Below, one piece after another: positions 18,707 to 33,046 of a stretch of DNA of 64,000 nt. Both the position numbers and the translations under genes were made by a program. The notes below the pieces were generated by a model. That model was given only the letters and a program-made list of their open reading frames with translations. It did not search any database and was not told the DNA's origin. The stretch comes from an uncultured delta proteobacterium. GTDB taxonomy: Bacteria; Myxococcota_A; UBA9160; UBA4427. Every line of letters begins with the position of its first letter. The first letter of the stretch is position 1. Location: positions 403,778-467,777 of the forward strand of contig CAVORA010000029.1 of assembly GCA_963698485.1 (NCBI GenBank). The letters are read 5' to 3'.

Positions 18707-21700
18707 CCGGCGCGTCGGAGTCGGGCGCTGGCAGTTCTGGATCGATCGCGGCGGCACCTTCACGGACTGCCTCGGCATCGCGCCCGACGGCTGCGCTGCA
18801 TACGACGAAGGTGCTCTCCTCGGACGCCGCGCCGGTCGAGGCGATCGAGCAGATCCTCGCGCGCGCCGGGGGCGGCGCGGCGGCCGGAGCCCGCACTGCG
18901 CGGCTGAAGCTCGGCACCACGGTCGCGACGAACGCGCTGCTCGAGCGGCGCGGGGTGCCGACGGCGCTGCTGACGAACGAGGGCCTGTCGGGGGTCTTCG
19001 ACGATCGGGACCCAGGAGCGGCCGGAGCTCTTCGCGCTCGAGATCGAGCGACCGCCGTCGACTGCAGCGATGGCGGCTCGAGGTCGCGGGCCGGCGGGAC
19101 CCGAGTGGCGCCGTGGTCGAGCCGCTCGATCTCGAGGGGGCGCGCCGCGTCCTGTCGCACGCGCGTGCCGAAGGCGCTCGATTCGGCTCGCGATCGTCTC
19201 GATGCACGCGCACGTCTGTCCCGACGACGAGCGAAGGCTCTGGCGAGCTGCGCGCGCGAGCTGGGCTTTTCGCACGTCGTGGCCTCCCACGAGATGGCGC
19301 GCGAGATCGGCCTGCTCGCGCGCGGCGAGACGGCGATCGCCGATGCCTACCTGACGCCGCTGCTGCGCGGACACGTCGAAGGCGCTCGCGCGAGACGCTG
19401 CCGGGCGCCGAGCTCCGCTTCATGCAGTCCTCGGGCGGGTTGACCGACGGCCCGGACGCTTTCGCGGACCCAACGCGCTGCTGTCGGGGCCGGCGGGCGG
19501 TGTCGTCGCGGCCGCGCGCGCGTGGCTCGCGCGGCGGGCTTCGATCGCGCGATCGGCTTCGACATGGGCGGCACGTCGACCGACGTCTCGCTTGATCGAG
19601 CGGCGAGAGACTCGATCGCGTCTTCGAGAGCGAGGTCGGGGGCGTGCGGGTCAAGGCACCGATGCTGCGGATCCACACCGTGGCCGCCGGCGGCGGCTCG
19701 CTGTGTCGCTTCGATGGCTTCCGGCTCACGGTCGGGCCCGAGAGCGCGGGCGCTGATCCGGGACCGCTCTGTTACGACCTGCGCGCGGCAGGGCGGAGAG
19801 CGCAAGGCGCGGGAGCTCTGACGCTGACCGACGTCAATCTCGCGCTCGGCCGCGTCGTCGACGGATCGCTTTCCGTTCGCGCTCGGCTCGCGAGCCCGTC
19901 GACGCGGCGCTCGACGCGCTGCAAGCGCGCTTGTCGCCGGGCCGGCTTCGAGCGCGTCGCGACGAGATCGCCGCGGGCTTCTTCGAGATCGCGAACGCGA
20001 GCATGGCGCAGGCGATTCTCGAGGTCTCCGTCGAGCGCGGTGCCGATCCGCGGGATCACGTGCTGGTCGGCTTCGGCGGCGCCGCTGGACAGCACGTCTG
20101 CGCCATCGCCAGGCGGCTCGGCATCCGCGAGGTCCTGCTGCATCCCTACGCCGGACTGCTCTCCGCCTACGGCATCGGGATCGCGCCCGCATCCTGGGAC
20201 GGGCAGCGCGACGGGCTCGGGCGTCGGCTGCCGGCCTCGGGCCCGCTGCCCGCCTCGACGGACGAGCAGTGGCGAGCACTCGAAGACGAAGGGCGCCGCG
20301 TGCTGGCCAGCGACGGGGACATGCTCGCGGGGCCGGATGTCTCGGGTGACGGGCTCGTGATCGAGCGCAGCCTCGACCTCGGCTACTGCGGGGACCGACA
20401 CGGCGCTGAACGTGCCGATGCCCGACGGCGTCCCCACGGCGCTCGATGCGAGCAGCGCCTGGCGTGCCGCCTTCGACGCCGAGCATCGCGCGCGCTTCGG
20501 CTACGTGCGCGCCGGCCGCGAGATCGAGATCAAGGCGCTGCGCCTTCGTCTGATCGGGCCAGAAGGCGCGATCGGTGGGCCGGCGCTGGTCGCGCGCGAA
20601 TCGGATGAGGGTCCTCTTCCGATGCGTCGGCAGCGGGCCTGGTTTCCCGATGTCGGTCGTGTCGAAGCGCCGGTCTATGCGCGCGAGGCGCTCGGGGCGG
20701 GCGATCGAATAGCCGGTCCTGCGTTGATTCTGGAGACCACGGGAACGGTCGTGCTGGATCCCGGCTTCGTACTCGAGGTGGATCGCGAGGGCGTGTTCCA
20801 CGTGCGCGCACAGGCAGCGCCGCCTTCGCACGCGGTGGTCGACCTCGAGGAGGCAGACCCGGTGCGGCTCGAGGTGCTCGGCAATCGCTTCATGTCGATC
20901 GCCGAGCAGATGGGTGCGGTGCTTCGCAACACTGCGGTGTCGACCAACATCAAGGAGCGCCTCGACTACTCGTGCGCGGTCTTCGACGGCGACGGAGGTC
21001 TGGTCGCGAACGCCCCGCATATTCCCGTCCATCTCGGGGCGATGGCCGACACGGTGGCGGCGCTGCGCGAGCGCTTCGAGCCCTTCACGCCGGGCGAGGT
21101 CTTCGTGACGAACGATCCCTTCGCCGGTGGCTCGCATCTGCCCGACGTCACGGTCGTGGCACCGGTCTTCCTGCGCGACCGGGACGAGCCTTCCTTCTAC
21201 GTGGCGAGCCGCGGGCATCACGCGGATCTCGGCGGCAAGACGCCTGGCTCGATGCCGGCGGACTCGACGTGCCTCGAAGAGGAGGGCGTGCTGATCGAGG
21301 CCTTTCCGCTGGTGCGCGAGGGCCGTTTCGAGGAGGATCGGATCCGCGAGGTGTTGGCCAGCGGGCGCTATCCCGCGCGTCGACCCGACGACAACGTCGC
21401 GGACCTCGAGGCGATGGTGGCGGCGAATCGGGCCGGTGCGGCGTTGCTCGAGGCGTTGGTCGCGGAGTCGACGGAGGCGGTGGTGCGGGTCACCATGCAT
21501 CAGCTCCAGCGCGCGGCGGCGGACAAGGTCTCGCGCGAGCTCGCACGCTTCGGGGAAGGGGAGCATCGCTTCGAAGACGCGCTCGACGATGGGACCCCGA
21601 TCTGCGTTCGGCTCGAGATCGAGCACGACGCGCCGAGCGATGCGAGGGCGCCTTCGGCTCGCATGACGATCGATTTCGAGGGCACGGGGCCGGCGTCGGC

Positions 21701-22412
21701 GGGGAACCTGAACGCGCCTTCGGCGGTCGTGCGAGCGGCCGTGATCTATGTGCTGCGCTCGCTCGTCGAAGAACGCATCCCGCTGAACGGCGGCTGCCTC
21801 GCGCCGGTGGACGTGCGGATTCCGTCGGGCTCGATTCTCGATCCGCCGCGCGGCAGTGCCGTCGTCGGTGGCAACGTCGAGACCTCCCAACGCGTCGTCG
21901 ACGTCCTGCTCGGTGCGCTCGGGCGAGCGGCGGCGAGTCAGGGGACGATGAACAACGTGACCTTCGGCGACGACACCTTCGGCTACTACGAGACGATCGG
22001 CGGCGGCGCCGGGGCGACGGCGCGGTCGCCCGGAGCCTCCGGCGTGCACACGCACATGACCAATACCCGGATCACCGACCCCGAGATTCTCGAGGCCCGT
22101 TTTCCGGTGCGACTGCTGCGCTTCGGGTTGCGCTCGGGCTCCGGTGGGGCCGGGCATCACGCAGGCGGCGAGGGGCTGGTTCGCGGCTATCGCTTCCTGC
22201 GACCGGTGACGGTGTCCCTGCTGACCGAGCGGCGGCGGCGGCGGCCCTTTGGGCTCGAGGGCGGGGCCGCCGGTGCGCCCGGGTGCAATCGAGTGTGGCG
22301 CGAGCAGGCGGGGCGCTTCGAGGAGGTGCCGGGGCGGGCCGAGCTTCGCCTCGATCGCGGCGATGTGCTCTGGATCGAGACGCCGGGCGGTGGCGGCTTT
22401 GGAAGGGATTGA
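18703..22412 (+). pseudogene. Fused 5-oxoprolinase/hydantoinase (HyuA-like N half, HyuB-like C half); N half frameshifted, C half intact
   Basis: N half in several frames: WQFWIDRGGTFTDCLG, KLGTTVATNALLERRGVPTALLTNEG, and the MQSSGGL and FDMGGTSTDV motifs. C half is one clean 666-aa ORF (20412-22412) with DPVRLEVLGNRFMSIAEQMG, VTNDPFAGGSHLPDVTVV and GGFG. The total of about 1236 codons matches eukaryote-type fused ATP-dependent 5-oxoprolinases. Confidence 0.8.
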
Positions 22413-22477
22413 TCCGATCATCGCCGAGCCGCCCGTCAGCTCTTGAACTCGCGGGCGGACAACTCTAATGTCGGCCC

Positions 22478-22553
22478 GGGCGCGTAGCTCAATTGGCAGA
22501 GCAAGTGACTCTTAATCACTAGGTTCGGGGTTCGATTCCCCGCGCGCTCACCA
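22478..22553 (+). tRNA. tRNA-Lys (anticodon CTT), CCA encoded
   Basis: Hand-folded cloverleaf. Acceptor gggcgcg/cgcgctc (one G-U). Anticodon arm agtga-ctCTTaa-tcact. T arm cgggg-ttcgatt-ccccg. Discriminator A, then CCA. Confidence 0.9.
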
Positions 22554-22831
22554 CCCACTTTCTTTGCCCGAGCCTTGGCCAGGACCCGAGCCCAGCCGCC
22601 AGGCCAGATGCGGCTCGGGCGATCTCGGGGTCGGGCACCGTGGTCGTGACTGGCTCCGGCCGGTACCCGCCCCGCGCGATTTTCCTTCGTTCGGCGCTTC
22701 GGATGCACCCGGCCAGCTTCTGCTCCGCTGTGCTGGACAGTCGGTCGGGCTCGTCTAGCTTCTGGCCTCGGCCCGGCTAGGCTGGCTGCAACGAGGGGCT
22801 TCGAGCCGGAGGCAGCGGGCGCATCGGGTAG

Positions 22832-22917
22832 GCCGGGGTGGCGGAACTGGTAGACGCAGTGGCCTTAGGAGCCACCGTCCAATGGACGTGCAGGTTCGAG
22901 TCCTGTCCCCGGTACCA
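22832..22917 (+). tRNA. tRNA-Leu (anticodon TAG), long variable arm, CCA encoded
   Basis: Acceptor gccgggg/ccccggt. Anticodon arm gtggc-ctTAGga-gccac. Long variable arm. T arm gcagg-ttcgagt-cctgt. ACCA tail. Confidence 0.9.
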
Positions 22918-23141
22918 AGATCTTCCCTGACCAGAGAGCGTGCACGAGAGAAGAACGGAGCGGAGACCTGACGGGGATCGGGTGATCAGGGCTCGCCGCG
23001 ATCGCCGCTTGCCCGATCGCTCGGCGATCGACGAGACCGCTGTCGGGCGAGGTCGCGCTGCAGCGGAAAACCAGAATCTTCCGGATTCGGATCGAACCCG
23101 GGGCCCTTGGCGGAAGGGCGCAGACATGAAGAGGACGAGTC

Positions 23142-24470
<1,329 letters not shown>

Positions 24471-24814
24471 GCATCCGATCCGAACGACAGCCCGGACCAC
24501 GACTTGGAACGAGAAGTTAAGCTCGGAGCATGAGTCGTCTCGAGTCGTCTGGTGTTTCGTCGACGGTTCCCGAAATGGCCCGTGGCCGGTCCGTCGTGTC
24601 GCCGCACCGACGTGCGTCGGCCCGCGCGCGTGCGCGATCGGCGTGCCTCGCTTTGCCGCGGGAGACAGGCTTCGCGCGCGACCGCGGCGGCGTGAGTTGC
24701 CAACGACCACGCGCTGACTCAGACTAGGAACAGCACCCGCGATTCCGCGGACGGAAGCACTCTGGCGTCCGTCTCGCGGGCTGTGTGTCGCGCGGCAGAA
24801 GGAATCGACAGCTG

Positions 24815-25450
24815 ATGGAACGCATGCGACCGACGGCCTACACGATCCCCTACGTGATCGAGCAGAATCAGCGAGGCGAGCGTGTCTTCGATATCTACTC
24901 GCGGCTGCTGCGAGACCGCGTGATCTTCCTCGGAAGCGAGATTCACGACGAGGTGGCAAACGTGGTCGTCGCACAGCTGCTCTTCCTCGAAGCGGACGAC
25001 CCCGACAAGGACATCCATCTCTACATCAACTCGCCGGGCGGGTCCGTCACGGCGGGACTGGCCATCTACGACACGATGCAGTTCATCCGCTCCGATGTGC
25101 ACACGACCTGCATTGGACAGGCGGCGTCGATGGGGGCGTGGCTGCTCGCCGCGGGTGCGCCCGGCAAGCGGACGGCGCTGGCGAATTCGCGCATCATGAT
25201 CCATCAGCCGATGGGCGGGGCGCGCGGACAGGCTTCGGACATCAACATCCAGGCTCAGGAAATCCTCAAGCTGCGCCACAGGATGAATGAGATTCTTGCG
25301 AGTCATACGGGGCGCCCGCTCGAACAGATCGCAAGGGACACGGAGCGCGATTACTATCTGGGATCCGAGGAGGCCAAGGAGTATGGCATCGTGGATGCCG
25401 TCGCCAATCAGCGGGCCGATGCCGTCGTCGAGGGCAAGGCCGCCTCGTAG
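24815..25450 (+). CDS. clpP: ATP-dependent Clp protease proteolytic subunit ClpP
   Basis: [30 protein letters not shown], catalytic Ser in GQAASMGA and His in RIMIHQP. The ATG at 24815 gives 211 aa. The tracked ORF opens at GTG 24785. Confidence 0.94.
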   Translation: MERMRPTAYTIPYVIEQNQRGERVFDIYSRLLRDRVIFLGSEIHDEVANVVVAQLLFLEADDPDKDIHLYINSPGGSVTAGLAIYDTMQFIRSDVHTTCIGQAASMGAWLLAAGAPGKRTALANSRIMIHQPMGGARGQASDINIQAQEILKLRHRMNEILASHTGRPLEQIARDTERDYYLGSEEAKEYGIVDAVANQRADAVVEGKAAS

Positions 25451-25585
25451 CGGACGGCGCCGCACGAATCGAATGATCGGATTTTCGATCGACCTGAAGC
25501 GGATTCGGACCGGAGCCGTTTCGCACTCCAACCGGGGATGGGTCCCGACACAGAACCGATACGCATCACCGGGGGGTGAGGGATT

Positions 25586-26830
<1,245 letters not shown>

Positions 26831-26939
26831 GCAGGCCGCCTTGGGCGGCTAGGGTCCCAGAAGTAGCGCCGGCCCGACGACCGGGCGATCGACGAGGCTC
26901 CGACATGATCCGACACGATCCGACACGAAGGGGGGTGGC

Positions 26940-29408
26940 ATGAGTGATTCAACAGACGCAGCCGGTGGGGGCCGCGTCCCGCTGCTGCCGCTTCGAGACA
27001 TCGTCGTGTTCCCGCACATGGTCGTGCCGCTCTTCGTGGGTCGGCCGAAATCCATTCAGGCACTCGAGGACGCCATGGCGGGTGACCGCCAGCTGATGGT
27101 CGCCGCCCAGCGGGTCGCCGGCGACGAGGATCCGACCGAAGAGGATATCTACTCGATCGGCACCCTCGGCACGATCATCCAGCTCCTCCGACTGCCGGAC
27201 GGAACGGTCAAGGTCCTGGTCGAAGGCAAGACTCGCGCCGAGATCCGCTCCTTCGCCGCCGTGGATCCGTATTTCGCCGTCGAGATCAACGAGCTGGCGG
27301 ACGAGGGGGGAGACACGCCCGAGGCCGAGGCCCTCGTACGCTCCATCCACACGACCTTCGACTCCTACTCCAAGCTGAACAAGAAGATCGCGCCCGAGGT
27401 CGTGAACTCGATCTCGGCGATCAGCGACCCCGGCAAGCTCTCCGATACGGTCGTGGCGCATCTCAATCTGAAGCTGCCGGATCGCCAGAAGCTGCTCGAA
27501 GTCACCTCGACGATCGAGCGCCTCGAAGAGGTCTACAACCGGATGCAGGCCGAGATCGAGGTGCTCGAGGTCGAGCGCAAGATCCGCGGCCGCGTCAAGA
27601 AGCAGATGGAGCGCTCGCAGAAGGAGTACTACCTCAACGAGCAGATGCGAGCGATCCAGAAGGAGCTCGGCGACCGCGACGACCCGAAGAACGAGATCTC
27701 CGAGCTCGAGGAGCAGCTCGCGGCCAAGAAGATGCCCGACGAGGCCCGCGAGCGGACCGAGAAGGAGATGAAGAAGCTCAAGCAGATGTCGCCGATGGCG
27801 GCGGAAGCCACGGTCGTTCGCAATTACATCGACTGGATGTTGGCGCTGCCCTGGGAGGAATACACCGAGGAAGAGAAGGACCTGATGGTCTCCCAGGACA
27901 TCCTCGACGCGGATCACTACGGGCTCGACAAGCCCAAAGAGCGGATCCTCGAGTATCTGGCGGTTCAGACTCTGGTCGAGAAGATCAAGGGCCCGATCCT
28001 GTGCCTGGTCGGACCGCCCGGCGTCGGCAAGACCTCGCTCGGCAAGTCGATCGCGCGCGCCACCGGCCGGGACTTCGTGCGCATCAGCCTGGGCGGTGTG
28101 CGCGACGAGGCGGAGATTCGCGGCCATCGTCGCACCTATATCGGAGCGCTTCCGGGCAAGATCATCCAGGGACTCAAGAAGGCCGGGTCGTCGAATCCGG
28201 TCTTCCTGCTCGACGAGATCGACAAGATGTCGATGGACTTCCGCGGCGATCCCAGCTCGGCGATGCTCGAGGTGCTCGACCCCGAGCAGAACTACTCGTT
28301 CTCCGACCACTATCTGGACGTCGAGTACGACCTCTCGCGCGTGATGTTCATCTGTACGGCGAACATGCTGGGTGAGATTCCGCGACCTCTCCAGGACCGG
28401 ATGGAGATCATCCAGATCCCCGGCTACATCGAGAGCGAGAAGCTCGAGATCGCCAAGGCGCATCTGGTCGAGAAGGTGACGACGGACAATGGCCTCGTCT
28501 TCGGCCACGACGGAGATCCCGGCGACATGCGTTTCACCGAGGGCGCGCTGCTCGAGGTGATCCGCCACTACACCCGCGAGTCCGGTGTGCGCGGGCTCGA
28601 GCGGGAGCTGGCTTCGGTGGCCCGCAAGGTCGCGCGGGAGAAGGTCTCGGCCGGGGAGCAGTTCAAGCCCGTCACGGTCACTCCGAAGCTGATCCGAAAA
28701 TATCTCGGCGTCCAGAAATACCGATTCGGCCAGACCGAGACGGAGAACCGAATCGGCGTGACGACCGGCCTGGCCTTCACCGAGGTGGGCGGCGAGCTGC
28801 TCCAGACCGAAGTGTCGATCATGCCCGGCAAGGGCAAGCTCCAGATCACGGGGCGGCTCGGCGAAGTGATGCAGGAGTCCGCGAACGCGGCCATGTCCTA
28901 CATCCGTTCGCGCGCCAAGCAGCTCGGACTGACCAGCGATTTCCACACGAAGGTCGATGTCCACATCCACGTGCCCGAAGGCGGGACGCCCAAGGACGGA
29001 CCGTCCGCCGGCATCACGCTGGCGACGACGCTCGCTTCGGCCTTGACGCGGATCCCCGTGCGCTCGAACGTGGCGATGACCGGGGAGATCACCCTGCGTG
29101 GTCGAGTGCTGCCGATCGGGGGCCTCAAGGAGAAGCTGATTGCGGCCCATCGAGGCGGAATCGATACCGTCTTGATTCCGAAGGACAACGAAAAGGACAT
29201 CAAGGATCTGCCGGCGATCATCAAGAAGAATCTCACGATCCGTCCCGTCGAGCATATGGACGAGGTACTGAAGTACGCGCTCGCCGTTCCGAATCCGGAA
29301 CACTTCCTCGAAGAGGGCGACGGAATCCACGAGATCGAGGACATCTACATCGCGCCGGGTGGGCTCAAGCAGACGACCGAGCTGCCGCATCCGGCCGGGG
29401 TCAATTAG
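26940..29408 (+). CDS. lon: ATP-dependent protease Lon
   Basis: 822 aa. N-domain [23 protein letters not shown], Walker [10 protein letters not shown], and catalytic Ser in [10 protein letters not shown]. Confidence 0.96.
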   Translation: MSDSTDAAGGGRVPLLPLRDIVVFPHMVVPLFVGRPKSIQALEDAMAGDRQLMVAAQRVAGDEDPTEEDIYSIGTLGTIIQLLRLPDGTVKVLVEGKTRAEIRSFAAVDPYFAVEINELADEGGDTPEAEALVRSIHTTFDSYSKLNKKIAPEVVNSISAISDPGKLSDTVVAHLNLKLPDRQKLLEVTSTIERLEEVYNRMQAEIEVLEVERKIRGRVKKQMERSQKEYYLNEQMRAIQKELGDRDDPKNEISELEEQLAAKKMPDEARERTEKEMKKLKQMSPMAAEATVVRNYIDWMLALPWEEYTEEEKDLMVSQDILDADHYGLDKPKERILEYLAVQTLVEKIKGPILCLVGPPGVGKTSLGKSIARATGRDFVRISLGGVRDEAEIRGHRRTYIGALPGKIIQGLKKAGSSNPVFLLDEIDKMSMDFRGDPSSAMLEVLDPEQNYSFSDHYLDVEYDLSRVMFICTANMLGEIPRPLQDRMEIIQIPGYIESEKLEIAKAHLVEKVTTDNGLVFGHDGDPGDMRFTEGALLEVIRHYTRESGVRGLERELASVARKVAREKVSAGEQFKPVTVTPKLIRKYLGVQKYRFGQTETENRIGVTTGLAFTEVGGELLQTEVSIMPGKGKLQITGRLGEVMQESANAAMSYIRSRAKQLGLTSDFHTKVDVHIHVPEGGTPKDGPSAGITLATTLASALTRIPVRSNVAMTGEITLRGRVLPIGGLKEKLIAAHRGGIDTVLIPKDNEKDIKDLPAIIKKNLTIRPVEHMDEVLKYALAVPNPEHFLEEGDGIHEIEDIYIAPGGLKQTTELPHPAGVN

Positions 29409-29519
29409 CTTGCGCGCCAGGCGGCGCGCGGACAGGATGGGGCGCCGGACTGGTCGGGCGGCGGTGAGGAGGTCGCGTCGAGGGCGGTCTCTCGCTGTCG
29501 ATCCCCAGGACCTGCGAGA

Positions 29520-29596
29520 GGGCGCGTAGCTCAGCTGGTTAGAGCACCTCGTTTACACCGAGGGGGTCCGCGGTTCGAATCCGTGCGCGCCCACCA
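29520..29596 (+). tRNA. tRNA-Val (anticodon TAC), CCA encoded
   Basis: Acceptor gggcgcg/cgcgccc. Anticodon arm cctcg-ttTACac-cgagg. T arm cgcgg-ttcgaat-ccgtg. ACCA tail. Confidence 0.9.
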
Positions 29597-29644
29597 TTCG
29601 TTTCCATCAGGTCCCGTCCTCGTGGAGCCTCGTCCGGAGACTCG

Positions 29645-29866
29645 ATGATCTGGCTTCGCCGCCTGTCGCTCGCACTGCTCGGTCGCTACGGGGCCCGGCT
29701 GCGGTTCCCTCATCTGCTGCTGCTGACGGGCACTCTGTTTGTGATCGATCTGGTGCTGCCCGACGGCCTGCCTTTCCTCGATGAGATCGTGCTCGGCCTG
29801 CTCGCCACACTCTTCGCGACCTGGAAGAAGCGCGTCGGCGAAGGCTCAGGAGACCCGGCCGCCTAA
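29645..29866 (+). CDS. Small hypothetical membrane protein
   Basis: 73 aa with one clear hydrophobic hairpin (LLLLTGTLFVIDLVLPDGLPFLDEIVLGLLATLFATW) and a basic N-terminus. Composition is unlike the shadow frames. No family assigned. Confidence 0.4.
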   Translation: MIWLRRLSLALLGRYGARLRFPHLLLLTGTLFVIDLVLPDGLPFLDEIVLGLLATLFATWKKRVGEGSGDPAA

Positions 29867-29954
29867 CGTGGAGACCGCTTGCAGGCAGCCCCCGTCGCGC
29901 GCGATCGGGCCCGCTAGACTCGGCCTTCCAGTTCCTCGCGGAGCCCATCTCGCC

Positions 29955-30638
29955 ATGTCGATCTTTCCTGCCAGTCCCGTCTCGTCCCAGGAGTTCATCG
30001 AGGACGTCGTGCCGTCGATCTTTGCCGAGGCCGAGCTCGACCCGGCGGAGGAGGCGATCGACCTGAAGGTCGGGATCGTGCTGCGGGGCGACCCCGACCC
30101 CCATCCCGCTTCCCAGCAGGATGCGGGGGGCGAGTGGACGCTTCACTTCGTCTCGGGCGAGCTCGGGATCGCACGCGGCCGAGAAGAAGCCTGCGAGATC
30201 ACGATCGTGCAGAGCGTCGCCGATTGGCGGTCTGCACTCTGGCAGGGTCGGCCCGCCTTGATCGCCGACGCCGTGGATCAGATTCGGGAGCACGGGCCAG
30301 AGGCGCTGCGACCACCTCGTCCGCCGGGTGGTGGGCCGCCTCCGGATCCACTCAAGGGCATCTCGGATCTGCGCGGCCTGATCGAGGCGGCGATCGCCGA
30401 CGAGCAGGGGCGGGACTGGCGCGTCGGAGTGCTGATCGGACCGGGGGCGATCCCTGAAGCGCCGCAGGCGACGATCCGACTCGGGGCCGAGCAGGCGGAT
30501 GCGATTCGGACCGGCGAGCTCCATCCGCTCGAGGCGTTGATCACGGGTCAGCTCCAGCTCGATGGGGATCTCGGACTGATCCTGCAGCTCCAGGCGGTCG
30601 CGATGACGCTATCGATGGCCGGGGGTGGCGGGCGCTGA
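29955..30638 (+). CDS. SCP2 (sterol-carrier-like) domain protein
   Basis: From the ATG at 29955, 227 aa. The C-terminal ELHPLEALITGQLQLDGDLGLILQLQAV resembles the SCP2 C-terminal helix/loop signature, and the N-terminal half (GEWTLHFVSGELGIARGREEACEITIVQSVADW) fits the same fold pattern. The tracked ORF opens at 29781. Confidence 0.55.
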   Translation: MSIFPASPVSSQEFIEDVVPSIFAEAELDPAEEAIDLKVGIVLRGDPDPHPASQQDAGGEWTLHFVSGELGIARGREEACEITIVQSVADWRSALWQGRPALIADAVDQIREHGPEALRPPRPPGGGPPPDPLKGISDLRGLIEAAIADEQGRDWRVGVLIGPGAIPEAPQATIRLGAEQADAIRTGELHPLEALITGQLQLDGDLGLILQLQAVAMTLSMAGGGGR

Positions 30639-30826
30639 TGGTCTCGGGTGGGCATGACTCGAGGGCTCTTGGTGGGGCCCGGTTGCTTGCCGTGCCGCTC
30701 CGCCTGCGAGCGTTTGCGGGCGACTCGAACCAAACGAAGCATTCTTCCGAATCCGCCGCGCCAGGGGCTGCGTGAGCTAGCGAGGCCTGCTTTTCTCAGC
30801 TACACATCGCCGCCCAGAGCTGCCGC

Positions 30827-30903
30827 GGGCCGGTAGTTCAATTGGTTAGAGCACTGGCCTGTCACGCCAGAAGTTGCGGGTTCGAGTCCCGTCCGGCCCG
30901 CCA
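30827..30903 (+). tRNA. tRNA-Asp (anticodon GTC), CCA encoded
   Basis: Acceptor gggccgg/ccggccc. Anticodon arm ctggc-ctGTCac-gccag. T arm gcggg-ttcgagt-cccgt. GCCA tail. Confidence 0.9.
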
Positions 30904-30947
30904 CTCCTTCCCCCCGCCATCGACACCCGGGGAACGGCTACTCCGCC

Positions 30948-32492
30948 TCAATCCTCGTCCTTCCGGGCGCGCGGCGCAGGGTTGGGAGGCACGTCCGCCA
31001 GGACGGAGCCCGCCGAGAGTCTGTGCTTCTGGACCTTGCCCAATGCGTTGCGCGGCAGGGAGGGAACGCGATAGAGGCCGCGTGGATGCTTGAACGGCGC
31101 GAGCCGATCGCCCACCGCTTCGCGGATCGCCGCGAGCTCGATCGGCTCGGGCGTGACGACGTAGGCGACCACCCGCTCGCCCCATTCCTCCGAGGCCTCG
31201 CCGACCACGGCGACGTCCTCGATCGCGGGAAGCTCGCGCAGGACGTCCTCGACCTCGCGCGGATAGACGTTGAATCCGCCGCTGATGATCAGCTCCTTGG
31301 CGCGTCCCACGATCCGGATGTAGCCGTCGGGATCCCGGGCGCCGAGATCGCCGGTCTTGAACCAGCCATCGCTCGTGAAGGCTTCGGCATTCGCTTCCGG
31401 GCGTTCCCAGTAGCCCGCGAAGACGTTCGGTCCGCGGACCTCGATCTGTTCGGGGTCGCCCGCGAGTCGCAGCTCGACGCCGGGCAGCGGCCGACCGACG
31501 GAGCCCGGCCGTCGCTCTCCTTCATAGGGATTCGAAACGAGCATGAGGGTTTCGGTCATGCCGTAGCGCTCGAGCACCCGCTGTCCGCCGACCCGTTCGA
31601 TGTCGCGATGCAGCGCCGCGGGCAGGGGCGCCGAGCCCGACACACAGAGTCGCAATCCTGCGAGGGCCTCGGCGTTGGGGTGGCTCGCGAGTCGGTGGTA
31701 CATCGTCGGGACGCCGAAGAAGAGGCTGGCCTGGTAGGCGGCGATGTCGTTCAGGATGTCGTCGGGGCGGAAGCCGCGATAGAGCACGGCGGAGCCGCCG
31801 CTATGCAGCGTGCCGTGCAGGCCGACGCCTAGCCCGTGCATGTGAAAGAGCGGCAGCGAAAGCAGCAGGCGGTCCGCGTCGGTCCATCGCCAGGCGAGGC
31901 GAAGTCCTTCGGCACTCGCCAGGCAGTTCGCATGCGACAGCACCGCGCCCTTGGGCTGGCCCGTCGTGCCCGACGTGTAACAGATCAGGGCCGGTGATCC
32001 GCGCTCCGCCTCGTCGAGGCGGGGTGTCGGGCCATCCGGCGCGTCGAGCGTCGGAGCCAGGATCTGCATGGATGGCGAGAGCTCGCGGACGAGCGCTGCC
32101 CGCTCCGGGTCATCGACGATCGCCGCTCGCGGCCTGGCATCCGCGACCACATGCGCCAGCTCGCGCGCGCCGTAGGCGGTGTTCGTCGGCATCACGACGA
32201 GGCCCATCCGAAGGCAGGCGAGATAGCTCGCGACCAGCTCTCCCGAGCTCTCCGCCGAGAGCAGCACGCGATCCCCGGGCTCGAGGCCGAGGGCTGCCAG
32301 GCGTCCCGCGCGCCGAGCACTCTCGGCCTCGAGATCTCCGCGCAGCCACCAGCCCCGATCGGGGTCATGGATCTGGGGCCGATCGGGATCGGCCGTCCAG
32401 GCGCGTCTCCAGGCGCAGGAGAGATTCGCGGCACCGCCTGCGGTCGGGTCGAAATGCGCTCCTTCGGGCAGATGGAAGTCTGGCGAGGACAT
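30948..32492 (-). CDS. AMP-dependent acyl-CoA synthetase/ligase (medium-chain or malonyl-CoA-synthetase-like size)
   Basis: AMP-binding motif ICYTSGTTGQPKGAVLSH, plus YGMTE, TGDLGARDPDGYIRIVGRAKELIISGGFNVYPREVE and GKVQK. The ATG at 32492 gives 514 aa. The tracked ORF extends to 32675. Confidence 0.88.
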   Translation of the reverse strand: MSSPDFHLPEGAHFDPTAGGAANLSCAWRRAWTADPDRPQIHDPDRGWWLRGDLEAESARRAGRLAALGLEPGDRVLLSAESSGELVASYLACLRMGLVVMPTNTAYGARELAHVVADARPRAAIVDDPERAALVRELSPSMQILAPTLDAPDGPTPRLDEAERGSPALICYTSGTTGQPKGAVLSHANCLASAEGLRLAWRWTDADRLLLSLPLFHMHGLGVGLHGTLHSGGSAVLYRGFRPDDILNDIAAYQASLFFGVPTMYHRLASHPNAEALAGLRLCVSGSAPLPAALHRDIERVGGQRVLERYGMTETLMLVSNPYEGERRPGSVGRPLPGVELRLAGDPEQIEVRGPNVFAGYWERPEANAEAFTSDGWFKTGDLGARDPDGYIRIVGRAKELIISGGFNVYPREVEDVLRELPAIEDVAVVGEASEEWGERVVAYVVTPEPIELAAIREAVGDRLAPFKHPRGLYRVPSLPRNALGKVQKHRLSAGSVLADVPPNPAPRARKDED

Positions 32493-32700
32493 GGACGAGA
32501 GGCTCCCGGATCCGACCGAGCGGGGCTCGAGCCCGAACGCGCACGGCAGGGTAGGTCGGGGAGCGTATCCGAAGCCCGGGCGGAGACTAGACCGCGCTGC
32601 GCGCGCGTCGTCGGCCTGGCGTGAGAGCCTCGATGCGGCCTTGCGGTCTGTGCTCGACCGGCAGGTCGCCGGCAAGCCGCCCCCCTCCTGGCGGCGCAGA

Positions 32701-32728
32701 GGGGCCCGGAGCGTGCGCTCCGGGCCCC
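32701..32728. repeat. Perfect 12-bp GC hairpin (4-nt loop) in a non-coding spacer
   Basis: ggggcccggagc-gtgc-gctccgggcccc, with exactly complementary arms. No T or A tract on either side. Function unknown. Confidence 0.9.
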
Positions 32729-33046
32729 TGCACGTGGCAGTCGGTCACTCAGCGAGCGAGTGATCCCCGACCCACCCGGGCCGAGGATGCCGAGCGATCG
32801 ACGCCCAAGCATTCAGTGCCCGGAGCCTCTCGAAAGGGACCCCGCTGCCCGTGGCCGGTCGCCTGGAAGCGTCCCGCGCGTTCTCGCCGGGCCCAGAAAA
32901 TCGCGAACGATCAGGAAACCCGGGAACCGATCCCGGCACCTCGGCATCCCTAGAAGCCGTAGAGACATCGTGTGTTTCTGCTCTCCTATTTGGTTGCGAC
33001 TCGGAAGGGGCTCGGGTGCCGTCAGGCAGCCGGGCCCTTTCCATGT

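Noticed and set aside
24471-24814. Heat-shock (sigma32) promoter upstream of clpP, for example cttggaa…agcatga around 24512-24541.
   Set aside because: The match to CTTGAAA-N13-15-CCCCATNT is weak, since the -10 part is poor. The site lies about 280 nt from the start codon. Not supportable without TSS data.
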